This document shows positions 52,099 through 60,728 of a DNA stretch of 64,000 nt, piece by piece. A program made the translations under genes and the position numbers. Source of the DNA: an uncultured Thermoanaerobaculia bacterium. GTDB taxonomy: Bacteria > Acidobacteriota > Thermoanaerobaculia > Thermoanaerobaculales > Sulfomarinibacteraceae. The DNA is taken from contig CAZSTH010000006.1 of assembly GCA_964609835.1 (NCBI GenBank), positions 5,379 through 69,378 on the forward strand, written 5' to 3'. Every line of letters begins with the position of its first letter. Position 1 is the first letter of the stretch. The notes beneath the pieces are model-generated. The model made no database searches. It was given only the letters and a program-made list of their open reading frames with translations, and was not told the DNA's origin.

Positions 52099-52932
52099 AT
52101 GGAGAAGAGGACCTGTGTCGTGATGTTGGCAGTGGCGCTAGTTTTCTTTGCGCAAGGGGTCGAGGCTGAGATGCCGGATCCGAACCTGCAGAAGCTGCCA
52201 TCCGAGATCGTTGGAGAACACCTCTGGGACGGGCTAACCAGTGAGGATGGCGCGGCTCCAAAAGGCTCGTCGTTCGGCCTGGAATGGCAGTACTATCACC
52301 TTATGGGCGCCAAGTTCGTCCCAGTATCTTCGAACGAATGCACCATGAGATACCACTCGTGGTACGGCTTCTACCTTGAGTCCATTGACGGCACGACGTG
52401 CAGTAACGGATACGTCATCGCGCCGATGAACCTTCCGGCCGGGGCATATCTCGACCGAGTCGCTTGCTTCACCTATGACACTGACGCCACCCAGAACATC
52501 GACTGGGCCTTTCAACGCGTAGAATATCCTTTCCCCAATGGTCCCCCGACGTACACAAACGTAACCACCATGACAAGGGACTACGACACAGGCTGGGGGG
52601 AGATCTGGACCTCGGTCGGTGAGACCATCCGCTACGCTCTCACCAATGCCCAGTTTTACGGCCTCAGGGTTTGGATGGATCCAGGCAATACAGACCACAG
52701 ATTGCTGGCCTGCCGGCTGTACTGGAACCGTCAGATCGCTCCGGCCCCTGGCACCGCCACGTTCGACGACGTGGGCACCCTCCACTGGTCATTCCAGAAC
52801 GTGGAAGCCCTTGTTGACGCCGGCATCACCGTCGGCTGTGGCGGGAACAACTACTGCCCGGGACAGACAGTGACTCGCGCCGAAATGGCGGCCTTCCTGG
52901 CCCGCGCGCTCGGCCTGCACTGGCCCTACTAG
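52099..52932 (+). CDS. Secreted protein of unknown function with one C-terminal Cys-bridged SLH-like repeat.
   Basis: AAGGAGG lies 8 nt upstream and the signal peptide is MEKRTCVVMLAVALVFFAQGVEA. The C-terminus is FDDVGTLHWSFQNVEALVDAGITVGCGGNNYCPGQTVTRAEMAAFLARAL. GC content is visibly lower than in the flanking sequence. Confidence 0.8.
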   Translation: MEKRTCVVMLAVALVFFAQGVEAEMPDPNLQKLPSEIVGEHLWDGLTSEDGAAPKGSSFGLEWQYYHLMGAKFVPVSSNECTMRYHSWYGFYLESIDGTTCSNGYVIAPMNLPAGAYLDRVACFTYDTDATQNIDWAFQRVEYPFPNGPPTYTNVTTMTRDYDTGWGEIWTSVGETIRYALTNAQFYGLRVWMDPGNTDHRLLACRLYWNRQIAPAPGTATFDDVGTLHWSFQNVEALVDAGITVGCGGNNYCPGQTVTRAEMAAFLARALGLHWPY

Positions 52933-52953
52933 TCGCTCATTCGAGCGTATTCG

Positions 52954-52983
52954 ACCGGCGTGCTGCGGCGCGCCGGTTTTTTT
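52954..52983 (+). terminator. Rho-independent terminator.
   Basis: The stem ACCGGCGTGC/GCGGCGCGCCGGT has a tetraloop and is followed by a T6 run. Confidence 0.75.
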
Positions 52984-53026
52984 GTATGCGCTGCTGCATC
53001 CCTAAAATTGGGCCCTCGGAGGCATC

Positions 53027-55486
53027 GTGAACATCTCCCGAACCATCAGTGCAGTTCTCGTCGTTGTCGCTCTCGCATCCGTCGTCCCAGCCCGCGCCGG
53101 CGCACCCACGCCTGCCCCCGTCCACCCCTGGGTGCTCGAGCACACGCTGGATGGTCACGAGGCGCAGTTTTTTGTGGTGCTGCGCGAGCAGGCAGACTTA
53201 CAGCCCGCGCGCTCGCTCGAGTCGAAGGCTGCGAAAGGACATTTCGTTTTCCAGGCACTCCGAGACACTGCCGAGAGCAGCCAGGCGGATCTGCGGGCAC
53301 TGCTCGAGAAGGAGGGCGTCTGGCATCGTCCGTTCATGATCGTCAATTCCGTGCTGGTGCGAGGCGACCGCGAGCTGGTTGAACGCCTTGCCAGACGCCC
53401 CGACGTCCTCAGGATCGAGGGCAACCCGGTGATCCACAACGAACTGCCCTCCACTGCCCCAGGATCATCCAGCGAGGCACCGAATGCCGTTGAATGGGGC
53501 GTCTCCCGCACGAACGCGCCCGCGGCATGGGCGCTGGGTTTTACCGGCCAAGGCATCGTGGTTGGCGGTCAGGACACCGGGGTCGACTGGGACCATCCAG
53601 CCATTCGCGACCAGTACCGGGGCTGGGACGGTGAGGCGGCAGACCACGACTACAGCTGGCACGACGCGATCCACGACGCCGGCGACAACCCCTGCGGCAG
53701 CGACTCGCCCGAGCCGTGCGACGACCACGGGCACGGAACCCATACCATCGGCACGGTCGTGGGCGACGACGGCGGCTCCAACCAGATCGGGATGGCACCC
53801 GGCGCCCGCTGGATCGCCTGCCGCAACATGGACGCGGGCAATGGCACCCCGGCCACCTACATCGAATGCCTCGAGTTCTTCCTGGCCCCGTATCCCTACA
53901 GCGCCACACCGGCAGAAGGGGATCCCTCGAAGGCTCCCGACGTCACCAACAACTCGTGGTCGTGCCCACCGTCGGAGGGCTGCTCGTGGGACACGCTGCA
54001 GGCCGCCATCGACGCGCAACGGGCGGCCGGCATCATGACCGTGGTGTCGGCCACCAACGACGGTCCCTCGTGCGCAACCGTCACCGACCCGCCGGCAATC
54101 TACGATTCGGTCTACTCAGTTGGCTCGACCACGTCGTCGGACCAGCTGTCCAGTTTTTCGAGCCGGGGACCGGCGGCCACCAACGGCGACGACCCGACGC
54201 TGATGAAGCCCGATATCGCGGCCCCGGGGTCTGGAATCCGCTCCGCGCTTCCGGGCGGAGGCTACGGAACCATGTCCGGCACCAGCATGGCCGGGCCGCA
54301 CGTGGCCGGTGCCGTGGCCATCTTGTGGTCCGCTCTGCCGGAGTTGACCAACGACCAGACCGCCACCGAGGCTCAGATAAACGAAACCGCCGTTCGGCTG
54401 ACCGGCATTGTCGAGGGCTGCGGCGGCGACAACGTCGACGGTCCGAACAACTCGTGGGGCCACGGGCTGGTGGATGTGGAGCAGGCGCTGATCGGTGACA
54501 CCTCGCTGCAGCCGAACGGCCTCGAGGTCGAGCTGGTTGACGGCCTCGACAACGGGGTTCTCGAGCGCGGCGAGCAGTTCCGTCTCGCTCCCTCTTGGTT
54601 CAATCCGGGGACCTTCGTGGCGCCGTCGATCACCGGCCAGGCATCCGCCGCCACCGGTTTGCTCATCGCAAAGGACACCGCCTCGTACGGTGACATCCCT
54701 GCCGGGGCCGAGCAGTCGTGCTCCGGTCAGGGTGATTGTTATAGCGTTCGGGTTTCGAGCTCGCGTCCGGCTGGCCATGTGGACCGAACGCTCAACGAGC
54801 TGTTGAGCAGCGGCGAGACCGCCGAATGGGTGCTGCACATCGGTGAGAGCTTTACCGATGTGGCTACCGACTTTTGGGCCTATCCGTCAGTGGAGACCAT
54901 TCTCCACCACGGCGTGACCCTCGGTTGCGGCGGAGGGCTCTACTGCCCGGGCGACATCGTACCGCGTTGGCAGATGGCCTTGTTCCTGGCCCGCGCCATG
55001 ACCGGCCCCGCCGAGATTCCCTTGACCGGGGTGGTTCCGGGCAAAGGGAGCTACGACTGCTCCCCCGGAGGCACATCATTGTTCGATGACATCCTTCCTA
55101 CCGATTCAGCCTGTGCCGCGGTTCACTACCTGGCCACTCATGAGATCACCCTCGGATGCGGCGGGTCGCTCTATTGTCCGAACGACCCAGTCGCCAGAAG
55201 GGAAATGGCGGCGTTTCTCGCCCGCGCAATGGCTGGCGACAACCCCATTCCGACCACCGGCACGGTCCTTGGAATGGGCGATTACGATTGCTCACCCGGG
55301 GGCGCCTCCGTTTTCGCTGACCTGACCGCGGACGATTGGGCCTGCCCCGAGGTTCACTTTATCGCCTCGTACCAGGTCACCCTCGGCTGCGGCGGCTCGC
55401 TCTATTGCCCGGGCGAGATCGTCACCCGCGCCCAGATGGCTGCCTTCCTCGAGCGCGCCTTTTCGCTCGAGCTCTATGGACCCTAG
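53027..55486 (+). CDS. Secreted subtilisin-family (S8) protease with an I9-like propeptide and three C-terminal Cys-bridged SLH-like repeats.
   Basis: GGAGG lies upstream of the GTG start. The catalytic triad motifs are GQDTGVDWDHP (Asp), DDHGHGTHTIGTV (His) and MSGTSMAGPHVAGAVAIL (Ser). The SLH-like repeats occupy 54851..55483. Confidence 0.9.
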   Translation: MNISRTISAVLVVVALASVVPARAGAPTPAPVHPWVLEHTLDGHEAQFFVVLREQADLQPARSLESKAAKGHFVFQALRDTAESSQADLRALLEKEGVWHRPFMIVNSVLVRGDRELVERLARRPDVLRIEGNPVIHNELPSTAPGSSSEAPNAVEWGVSRTNAPAAWALGFTGQGIVVGGQDTGVDWDHPAIRDQYRGWDGEAADHDYSWHDAIHDAGDNPCGSDSPEPCDDHGHGTHTIGTVVGDDGGSNQIGMAPGARWIACRNMDAGNGTPATYIECLEFFLAPYPYSATPAEGDPSKAPDVTNNSWSCPPSEGCSWDTLQAAIDAQRAAGIMTVVSATNDGPSCATVTDPPAIYDSVYSVGSTTSSDQLSSFSSRGPAATNGDDPTLMKPDIAAPGSGIRSALPGGGYGTMSGTSMAGPHVAGAVAILWSALPELTNDQTATEAQINETAVRLTGIVEGCGGDNVDGPNNSWGHGLVDVEQALIGDTSLQPNGLEVELVDGLDNGVLERGEQFRLAPSWFNPGTFVAPSITGQASAATGLLIAKDTASYGDIPAGAEQSCSGQGDCYSVRVSSSRPAGHVDRTLNELLSSGETAEWVLHIGESFTDVATDFWAYPSVETILHHGVTLGCGGGLYCPGDIVPRWQMALFLARAMTGPAEIPLTGVVPGKGSYDCSPGGTSLFDDILPTDSACAAVHYLATHEITLGCGGSLYCPNDPVARREMAAFLARAMAGDNPIPTTGTVLGMGDYDCSPGGASVFADLTADDWACPEVHFIASYQVTLGCGGSLYCPGEIVTRAQMAAFLERAFSLELYGP

Positions 55487-55508
55487 AAAACCCTCGCGCG
55501 AAACACCG

Positions 55509-55545
55509 AAGCAAGAAAAACCGGCCCGGCGTGTTCGCCGGGCCG
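55509..55545 (-). terminator. Rho-independent terminator for the minus-strand gene. It may act in both directions.
   Basis: CCGGCCCGGCG-aaca-CGCCGGGCCGG is followed by TTTTTCTT on the minus strand. It lies between convergent genes. Confidence 0.7.
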
Positions 55546-55574
55546 GAGTCTCTTGAGATGTCTCAGGTTGGAGG

Positions 55575-56777
55575 TCAGTCGTTGGGCAGCACCCTGGTCA
55601 GACTGTAGGTGCGCTGCAAGAAGGCCGCCATCTGCGAGCGAGTCACCGAGTCGAAGGGGCAGTAGTTGCCGTCGCCGCAACCGGTGGTGATACCGTCCTC
55701 GCCGAGCTTCTTGATCCACTTACAGAATGGATGGGTGTCGGGCACATCGTTGAACCCGGAGTTGCCGCCGGAGCAGGCGGGTGGAACGTAGCTTGCACCA
55801 TATTTTCCGCGCAGCAGGAAGACCGCCATCTGGCCGCGGTTGACGGCGTCGAAGGGGCAATAGATCAGCGGATTCGTGCCGCAGCCGCCGGTGAACCCTT
55901 CATCGTAGAACTCCTCGACCCAGTCGTAGAACCACTGGCCGCTGTTGACGTCGGCGAACGTGGGGGTTCCAGGACCATCAGGCGGCGCGTAAGAGCATGC
56001 GTCTACATTCTCCCCTCGGAGAATAAACGCCGCCATCTGTGCGCGGGTTACCGTGTCGAAGGGGCAATAGACGCCTACACCGCAACCGGTCGTGACGCCG
56101 CCCCCGTAGATCGCCAGCACATCGGGCAGGTACCAGGCGCTCGAGGGTATGTCGCTGAAGACCTCGACGGGGCCGATCACGGAGTCGGTGCGGAATGAGG
56201 CGAAATCGTCAAAGAGCAGGCTTCCCGAGGTGCCCGAGTCGACGCCCGCCACAGCACCCATTCGAGCGGTTTCGATCGAGCCGGTACTGTTGCTCAAGCT
56301 CGGCAGGTCTTGGACCGCCGTATTGTCGATCCGCGCCTCGAGACTGCCCGGCGAACCGGCCTTCCAGGTCACCTCGATCAGATGCCATCCGGCCGGCAGC
56401 ACGGTCGAATTCGAGGTCAAATACGTGCCGCCATCCACGCGGCCCTCGAACTTGACAATGCGGTCCGACCCGCTCTGATCGAGAATCACACGCGCCCACA
56501 CGTTGTCCGATCCGTCGAGTGCCTCAAACAGGCTGAACCCGTCGCCCGCCATTGTCAGACAGTTGGCCCGGACATAGAAGCGGAAGGTGTAGGTGGCTTC
56601 GCCGCTCGGTGTGTCGGTCTCAACGTACGCCGGCGACGTGTCAGTGATGGTCACCTTCATCCCGTAGGTCCCGCTGTACTCGGAAAATTCGTCAACCGCC
56701 GGAGCATCGTTGGCGCCGGCAGCGCCGGCGAACGCCAGCGTCAGCACCGAAAGAATGGCCACCGTTCTCGACTTCAT
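55575..56777 (-). CDS. Secreted LamG/concanavalin-like domain protein with three C-terminal Cys-bridged SLH-like repeats.
   Basis: AGGAGG lies upstream and the signal peptide is MKSRTVAILSVLTLAFAGAAGA. The N-terminal beta-sandwich-like region contains WHLIEVTWKAGSPGSLEARIDN. The SLH-like repeats occupy 55578..56159. Confidence 0.8.
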   Translation of the reverse strand: MKSRTVAILSVLTLAFAGAAGANDAPAVDEFSEYSGTYGMKVTITDTSPAYVETDTPSGEATYTFRFYVRANCLTMAGDGFSLFEALDGSDNVWARVILDQSGSDRIVKFEGRVDGGTYLTSNSTVLPAGWHLIEVTWKAGSPGSLEARIDNTAVQDLPSLSNSTGSIETARMGAVAGVDSGTSGSLLFDDFASFRTDSVIGPVEVFSDIPSSAWYLPDVLAIYGGGVTTGCGVGVYCPFDTVTRAQMAAFILRGENVDACSYAPPDGPGTPTFADVNSGQWFYDWVEEFYDEGFTGGCGTNPLIYCPFDAVNRGQMAVFLLRGKYGASYVPPACSGGNSGFNDVPDTHPFCKWIKKLGEDGITTGCGDGNYCPFDSVTRSQMAAFLQRTYSLTRVLPND

Positions 56778-56985
56778 GAAGACCTCCTGTTGTTCATCTG
56801 CCGTTTATCAGGACGGGCCAGGTCGCCCGAGGTAACGCCCGCCGGAGCGCGTCGCAAAAGCTCCCGGCGACCCTCCATCCCGATCGTGCCGAAGACCACC
56901 CCTGCCGGCATGTGATGGACGCCACATTCTCGCCTGCCGAACACCGGACGACACCTCGAAAGACTGCTAGGATAAGGGCGTCATC

Positions 56986-57957
56986 ATGGCCGATCGGGTC
57001 TCAATTTCTGTGGTCGTCCCGACCCACGACATGCGTGAACAGACGCTGAAGTGCCTGGCGTCACTGTGGCTGTGCGATCCGCAGCCCAACGAGGTCGTCA
57101 TCGTCGACGACGGCAGCTCCGACGACACCGTGCACTCCGTTGTTCGAAAGTACCCCCGCCACATCGTTGTTCGCCTTCCTCAGAGCCTTGGATTCTCCGA
57201 GGCTGCCGGGCACGGCATCGCCCGTTCGTCCGGCGAGGTCGTCCTGGTGCTCGATCCGAACATCGAGGTCGCGCGACCGTCGCTCGGCGCAGTCACCGAG
57301 GCGTTCGCGAACGACCGCAACCTCGGCATTGCCGGCGCCGTCGTGCACCACCCCGAGGGACCGCCGCGTTGGAGCGGCGGCCGAATGCCGTCCGCACTGC
57401 AGTGTTTCTTGGAAGCCACCGGACTCCCGTCATTGGCCGGCAGCTTGCGCCTGCTCCAATGGCTTCGGTCCACGGCGCGGACAACCGGCGGTCCCGTGGA
57501 CTGGGTCTCGGCGTCCGCCATGGCCATTCGACGCAGCGTGTGGTTGAGCCACGGTCCCCTCGATCCATGCTGTGACCGGCTCGGCCACGATCTCGACCTG
57601 TGCGTCGAAGCGGCGCGCGGCGGATGGCGGATCGAGGTGCTCGAGAGCTTCAGGGTCGTGCTGCACAACGGGAACAGGCCGTCTCGCGACGACCTTCAGC
57701 TTTGGCCCGACCCAGCCGAGGCCGCGTGGCCGGACCTGCTTCGCCTCGCCGACCAGAGATTCGGGGCGTCGCGAGCGTTGCGAACCGCGCGAGCGCTGCA
57801 GATGGGCAGCTCCATTCGGCTCTTCGGTCTGCGCCTCGCCGGACCGCTGGTGCCACCGGAGCGCCGTCAGGCCCTGCGGCGGTCGTCGACCTTTTTCGCC
57901 CTCTCGAAGCACGAGGCCGAAAGGGCTCCGTCTGAAGGTCGCGCACGACCGCGTTGA
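56986..57957 (+). CDS. Family-2 glycosyltransferase.
   Basis: ISVVVPTHDMREQTLKCLASLW, VVIVDDGSSDDT and VLVLDPN are present. Confidence 0.8.
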   Translation: MADRVSISVVVPTHDMREQTLKCLASLWLCDPQPNEVVIVDDGSSDDTVHSVVRKYPRHIVVRLPQSLGFSEAAGHGIARSSGEVVLVLDPNIEVARPSLGAVTEAFANDRNLGIAGAVVHHPEGPPRWSGGRMPSALQCFLEATGLPSLAGSLRLLQWLRSTARTTGGPVDWVSASAMAIRRSVWLSHGPLDPCCDRLGHDLDLCVEAARGGWRIEVLESFRVVLHNGNRPSRDDLQLWPDPAEAAWPDLLRLADQRFGASRALRTARALQMGSSIRLFGLRLAGPLVPPERRQALRRSSTFFALSKHEAERAPSEGRARPR

Positions 57958-58110
57958 GCTCCGGTTCGCGGCGCCGCCGGGCGCCCCCGATTCCCCGCCA
58001 AATCGAGGCACGGTATCCTAGAGACGAGGGCGTCGCGTGCGGCACCGCTTGCCCGGTGTCACCATTGCAATCACGGTTCGACGACCTGAAGGGACCAGGG
58101 TCAGCAAGCG

Positions 58111-59463
58111 ATGAAGATCGATCTCGGGCTCCGCACCGACTCCAAGATACGGTTCATTCGAGGCGAGGGCCTGCCCGCCTACAAGAACAGAGTCAAGGAT
58201 AGGAGCGAGGAAAGCAAGAGACTCCGCAAGCTCAAGAAGATCGACATCGCATCAGGAAAGCTGAGTATCGGCTTCGATCCCCCGCCGGTGCTCAACGTGT
58301 CGCCGTTCCCCCCAGCCCCGATCAGGTCCGGCTCGCAGGTTCACATGCTCGATCGGCTCGCCGAGGAGAAAATGCGGCGACCGGTCGCCCTCGCCTACCC
58401 GCGCGACGACTCCTGGTGGCTGGAGCTATGGTTGGAGGAGCATGGCGGTATCTACCCGCTCGGCGACAAGGCGAACCTGGTGGAGATGCTGGCCCGCGGC
58501 GCGCGGCTCGTCGGCACCAACCTGATCCACATCGAAAACATCCTCGGGCTGCCAGTGAACCTCCCGCACGGCCTGGAAAAGGCCGGCATGCGAACCATCA
58601 TCTCGATCAACGATTTCTCCCTGTACTGCCGCCGCCCCCACCTCATCGACGCCATCACCGGCCGCTTCTGCGACTACTGCGAGGACGCCGACCGCTGCCA
58701 GATCTGCTTGCGCGAGATCGATCCTGAAAGCCGCTACCCACAGCAGGACTATCGAAAGATCAGCGCCGCCTCGATCTACTCCGCAACCGCGCTGATCTTC
58801 CCATCCGCCTTTCTTCAGCGCCAGCATCTCGAACTGTTTCCGAGCCGCAGCGAGCATCAGATGGAGCAAGTGATTGCCCCGAGCACGAGGCGACCGGAAA
58901 CCTTTGTCGACCGATCGAAGCTGCACCCCAACATCGGCTTCGTCGGCGGCGTTTTTCCGCACAAGGGGGGTCGGCTCATTCCGCCTGTCATGGGGCGTTT
59001 GAGGGCACAGGAGAAGAAGGCCACCGGCTTCGTCTTCGGCCCCGGAGACCCGGAGCTGATCGCCCAGATCAAACAGGCCAAGGGCGTCAAGGTTGTCGGC
59101 TACTACCGGCCCGGAACCCTCGGGGAGTCGCTGGTGAAGAACAAGATCGCGGTCGCGGTGCTGCCGTCGATCTGGCCCGAGGCCTACTCCATGGTCGTCG
59201 ACGAATGCCTGGCGACCGGCACACCGGTGGTGGCATTCGATCTGGGAGCCGTCGGTGACAGGCTCGAGTTCTGGTCCACCGGCGAGCTGGTTCACCCGGC
59301 GCAGGGCGCCGCCGGGCTCGCAGAGGCCGTTCTCGATACGCTGTCCGGTCGAAAGATCGGCACCGACGTCATACGGACTCTGCCGAATCTGGGGAGATTG
59401 GTGCAGAAGTACACCGAGCTGTACAGGACCATCAGGCTCCGCGAACGCTACAAGGACGACTGA
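58111..59463 (+). CDS. GT4-like glycosyltransferase with a Cys-rich (zinc-ribbon-like) insert.
   Basis: The C-terminal half has FVGGVFPHKGGRL and LPSIWPEAYSMVVDECLATGTPVVAFDLGAVGDRL. The insert is CRRPHLIDAITGRFCDYCEDADRCQIC. The 5' end has lower GC. Confidence 0.7.
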   Translation: MKIDLGLRTDSKIRFIRGEGLPAYKNRVKDRSEESKRLRKLKKIDIASGKLSIGFDPPPVLNVSPFPPAPIRSGSQVHMLDRLAEEKMRRPVALAYPRDDSWWLELWLEEHGGIYPLGDKANLVEMLARGARLVGTNLIHIENILGLPVNLPHGLEKAGMRTIISINDFSLYCRRPHLIDAITGRFCDYCEDADRCQICLREIDPESRYPQQDYRKISAASIYSATALIFPSAFLQRQHLELFPSRSEHQMEQVIAPSTRRPETFVDRSKLHPNIGFVGGVFPHKGGRLIPPVMGRLRAQEKKATGFVFGPGDPELIAQIKQAKGVKVVGYYRPGTLGESLVKNKIAVAVLPSIWPEAYSMVVDECLATGTPVVAFDLGAVGDRLEFWSTGELVHPAQGAAGLAEAVLDTLSGRKIGTDVIRTLPNLGRLVQKYTELYRTIRLRERYKDD

Positions 59464-60680
59464 ACACCCGTCCTCGGTGGCGCGATGAGCAGCACCACCA
59501 GCATCACAGCCAACGAGCTGTACGCCACCGCCGCAGCGGTCGCGGCCGCCATCGCGCCTTCGGTCGGAATCAACGCGATGTTGACACCGACGCCGATCGC
59601 GAGAGCGACGAGGTACATCACCATGGTTCGCCGCTGCATCCTCCAGGCCGCGAGCACGGCGCCCATGGTCATGGCGGCGAACGCCCCAGGCAGGGCCAGC
59701 GAAAGGCGCTCCAGGAGCGGCACGCCCGCCGCGAACTCGGCGCCGAAGGCCAGGATCATGAGCGGCGAGCCGAGCAGGCGCAGCACCACCGCGCTGGCGA
59801 TGCCGCCCGCAATGCCGACCAGCACCGCTGAGACGCCCACGGCACGCGGGGACTCCCGCCTCTCCGCCATGCGCGAGAATGTGGGGTAGACCGCCACCGC
59901 GAACAGCTGCGGGACGGTGACCATCGCCCACACCATGGTGCCCGCTGCACCGAGGTACCCGATCTCCGCCATGCCGACATCGAAGCCGACCAGCAGGAAA
60001 CGACCCGAGCTGTTGACGAGCTGAGCAGTGACTGACAGCGCCATGAACGGCAGGCCCTCGCGCAGCATCATCGATCGGGAGACTTCAACGCCGTCGTCGC
60101 CGAGACGCTGACGGCGGCCCAGCAGCCACAGCAGGCCGCACAGAGAACCGGCCGAAAACGCGATTCCGGCGGTCCACACCCCCCACCCCATTGCCGTGAA
60201 CGCAATGATCAGCGCGAGAGCGATCAGCACCTCGAAACCGCGCGCGAGCGACTCGAAATCCATGCGGTCGAGGCCCTTGAATGCGGCGCCTGCGGTGACC
60301 GTGGTCGTGCGGAGGAAGGCGTACGGCACGAATGCCAGCAGCGCGAGCCGGAGCTCCGGCTGCGGCACCAGGGCGGCCGCGACGCACGCGGCCGGGAGTG
60401 CAGCCCGTGCCACAGACCGCTGGAGGCCGTTCGCCGCCGCCAGCAGCCGTCGCGCCCGTCCCGGGGCCCGGGCCACCTCCCGAATCAGGACCTCCTGCTG
60501 GCCGAGTGCGAGCCCCAGAACCGCCACCAGAGCGCCCGCGTACGCGACCGAGAACACCCCGACCGCCGACGGTCCGAGCTCACGACCGATCACGATCACC
60601 GCCACCACCACACCGCCCTTGATCGCGAGCTCGCCGACGGCGAGCCAGACGACGTTGCGGGCAATCTTCGCGACGGTCAC
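59448..60680 (-). CDS. Wzx-like polysaccharide flippase (MOP superfamily).
   Basis: The N-terminus is VTVAKIARNVVWLAVGELAIKGG and about 12 hydrophobic segments follow. GTG 60680 was chosen as the start because the track's longer N-terminus looks non-coding. Confidence 0.7.
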   Translation of the reverse strand: MTVAKIARNVVWLAVGELAIKGGVVVAVIVIGRELGPSAVGVFSVAYAGALVAVLGLALGQQEVLIREVARAPGRARRLLAAANGLQRSVARAALPAACVAAALVPQPELRLALLAFVPYAFLRTTTVTAGAAFKGLDRMDFESLARGFEVLIALALIIAFTAMGWGVWTAGIAFSAGSLCGLLWLLGRRQRLGDDGVEVSRSMMLREGLPFMALSVTAQLVNSSGRFLLVGFDVGMAEIGYLGAAGTMVWAMVTVPQLFAVAVYPTFSRMAERRESPRAVGVSAVLVGIAGGIASAVVLRLLGSPLMILAFGAEFAAGVPLLERLSLALPGAFAAMTMGAVLAAWRMQRRTMVMYLVALAIGVGVNIALIPTEGAMAAATAAAVAYSSLAVMLVVLLIAPPRTGVQSSL

Positions 60681-60728
60681 CGATCGATGATAGACGATTG
60701 CCAAAGCGGGCGAAGCTACAATCTCCTC

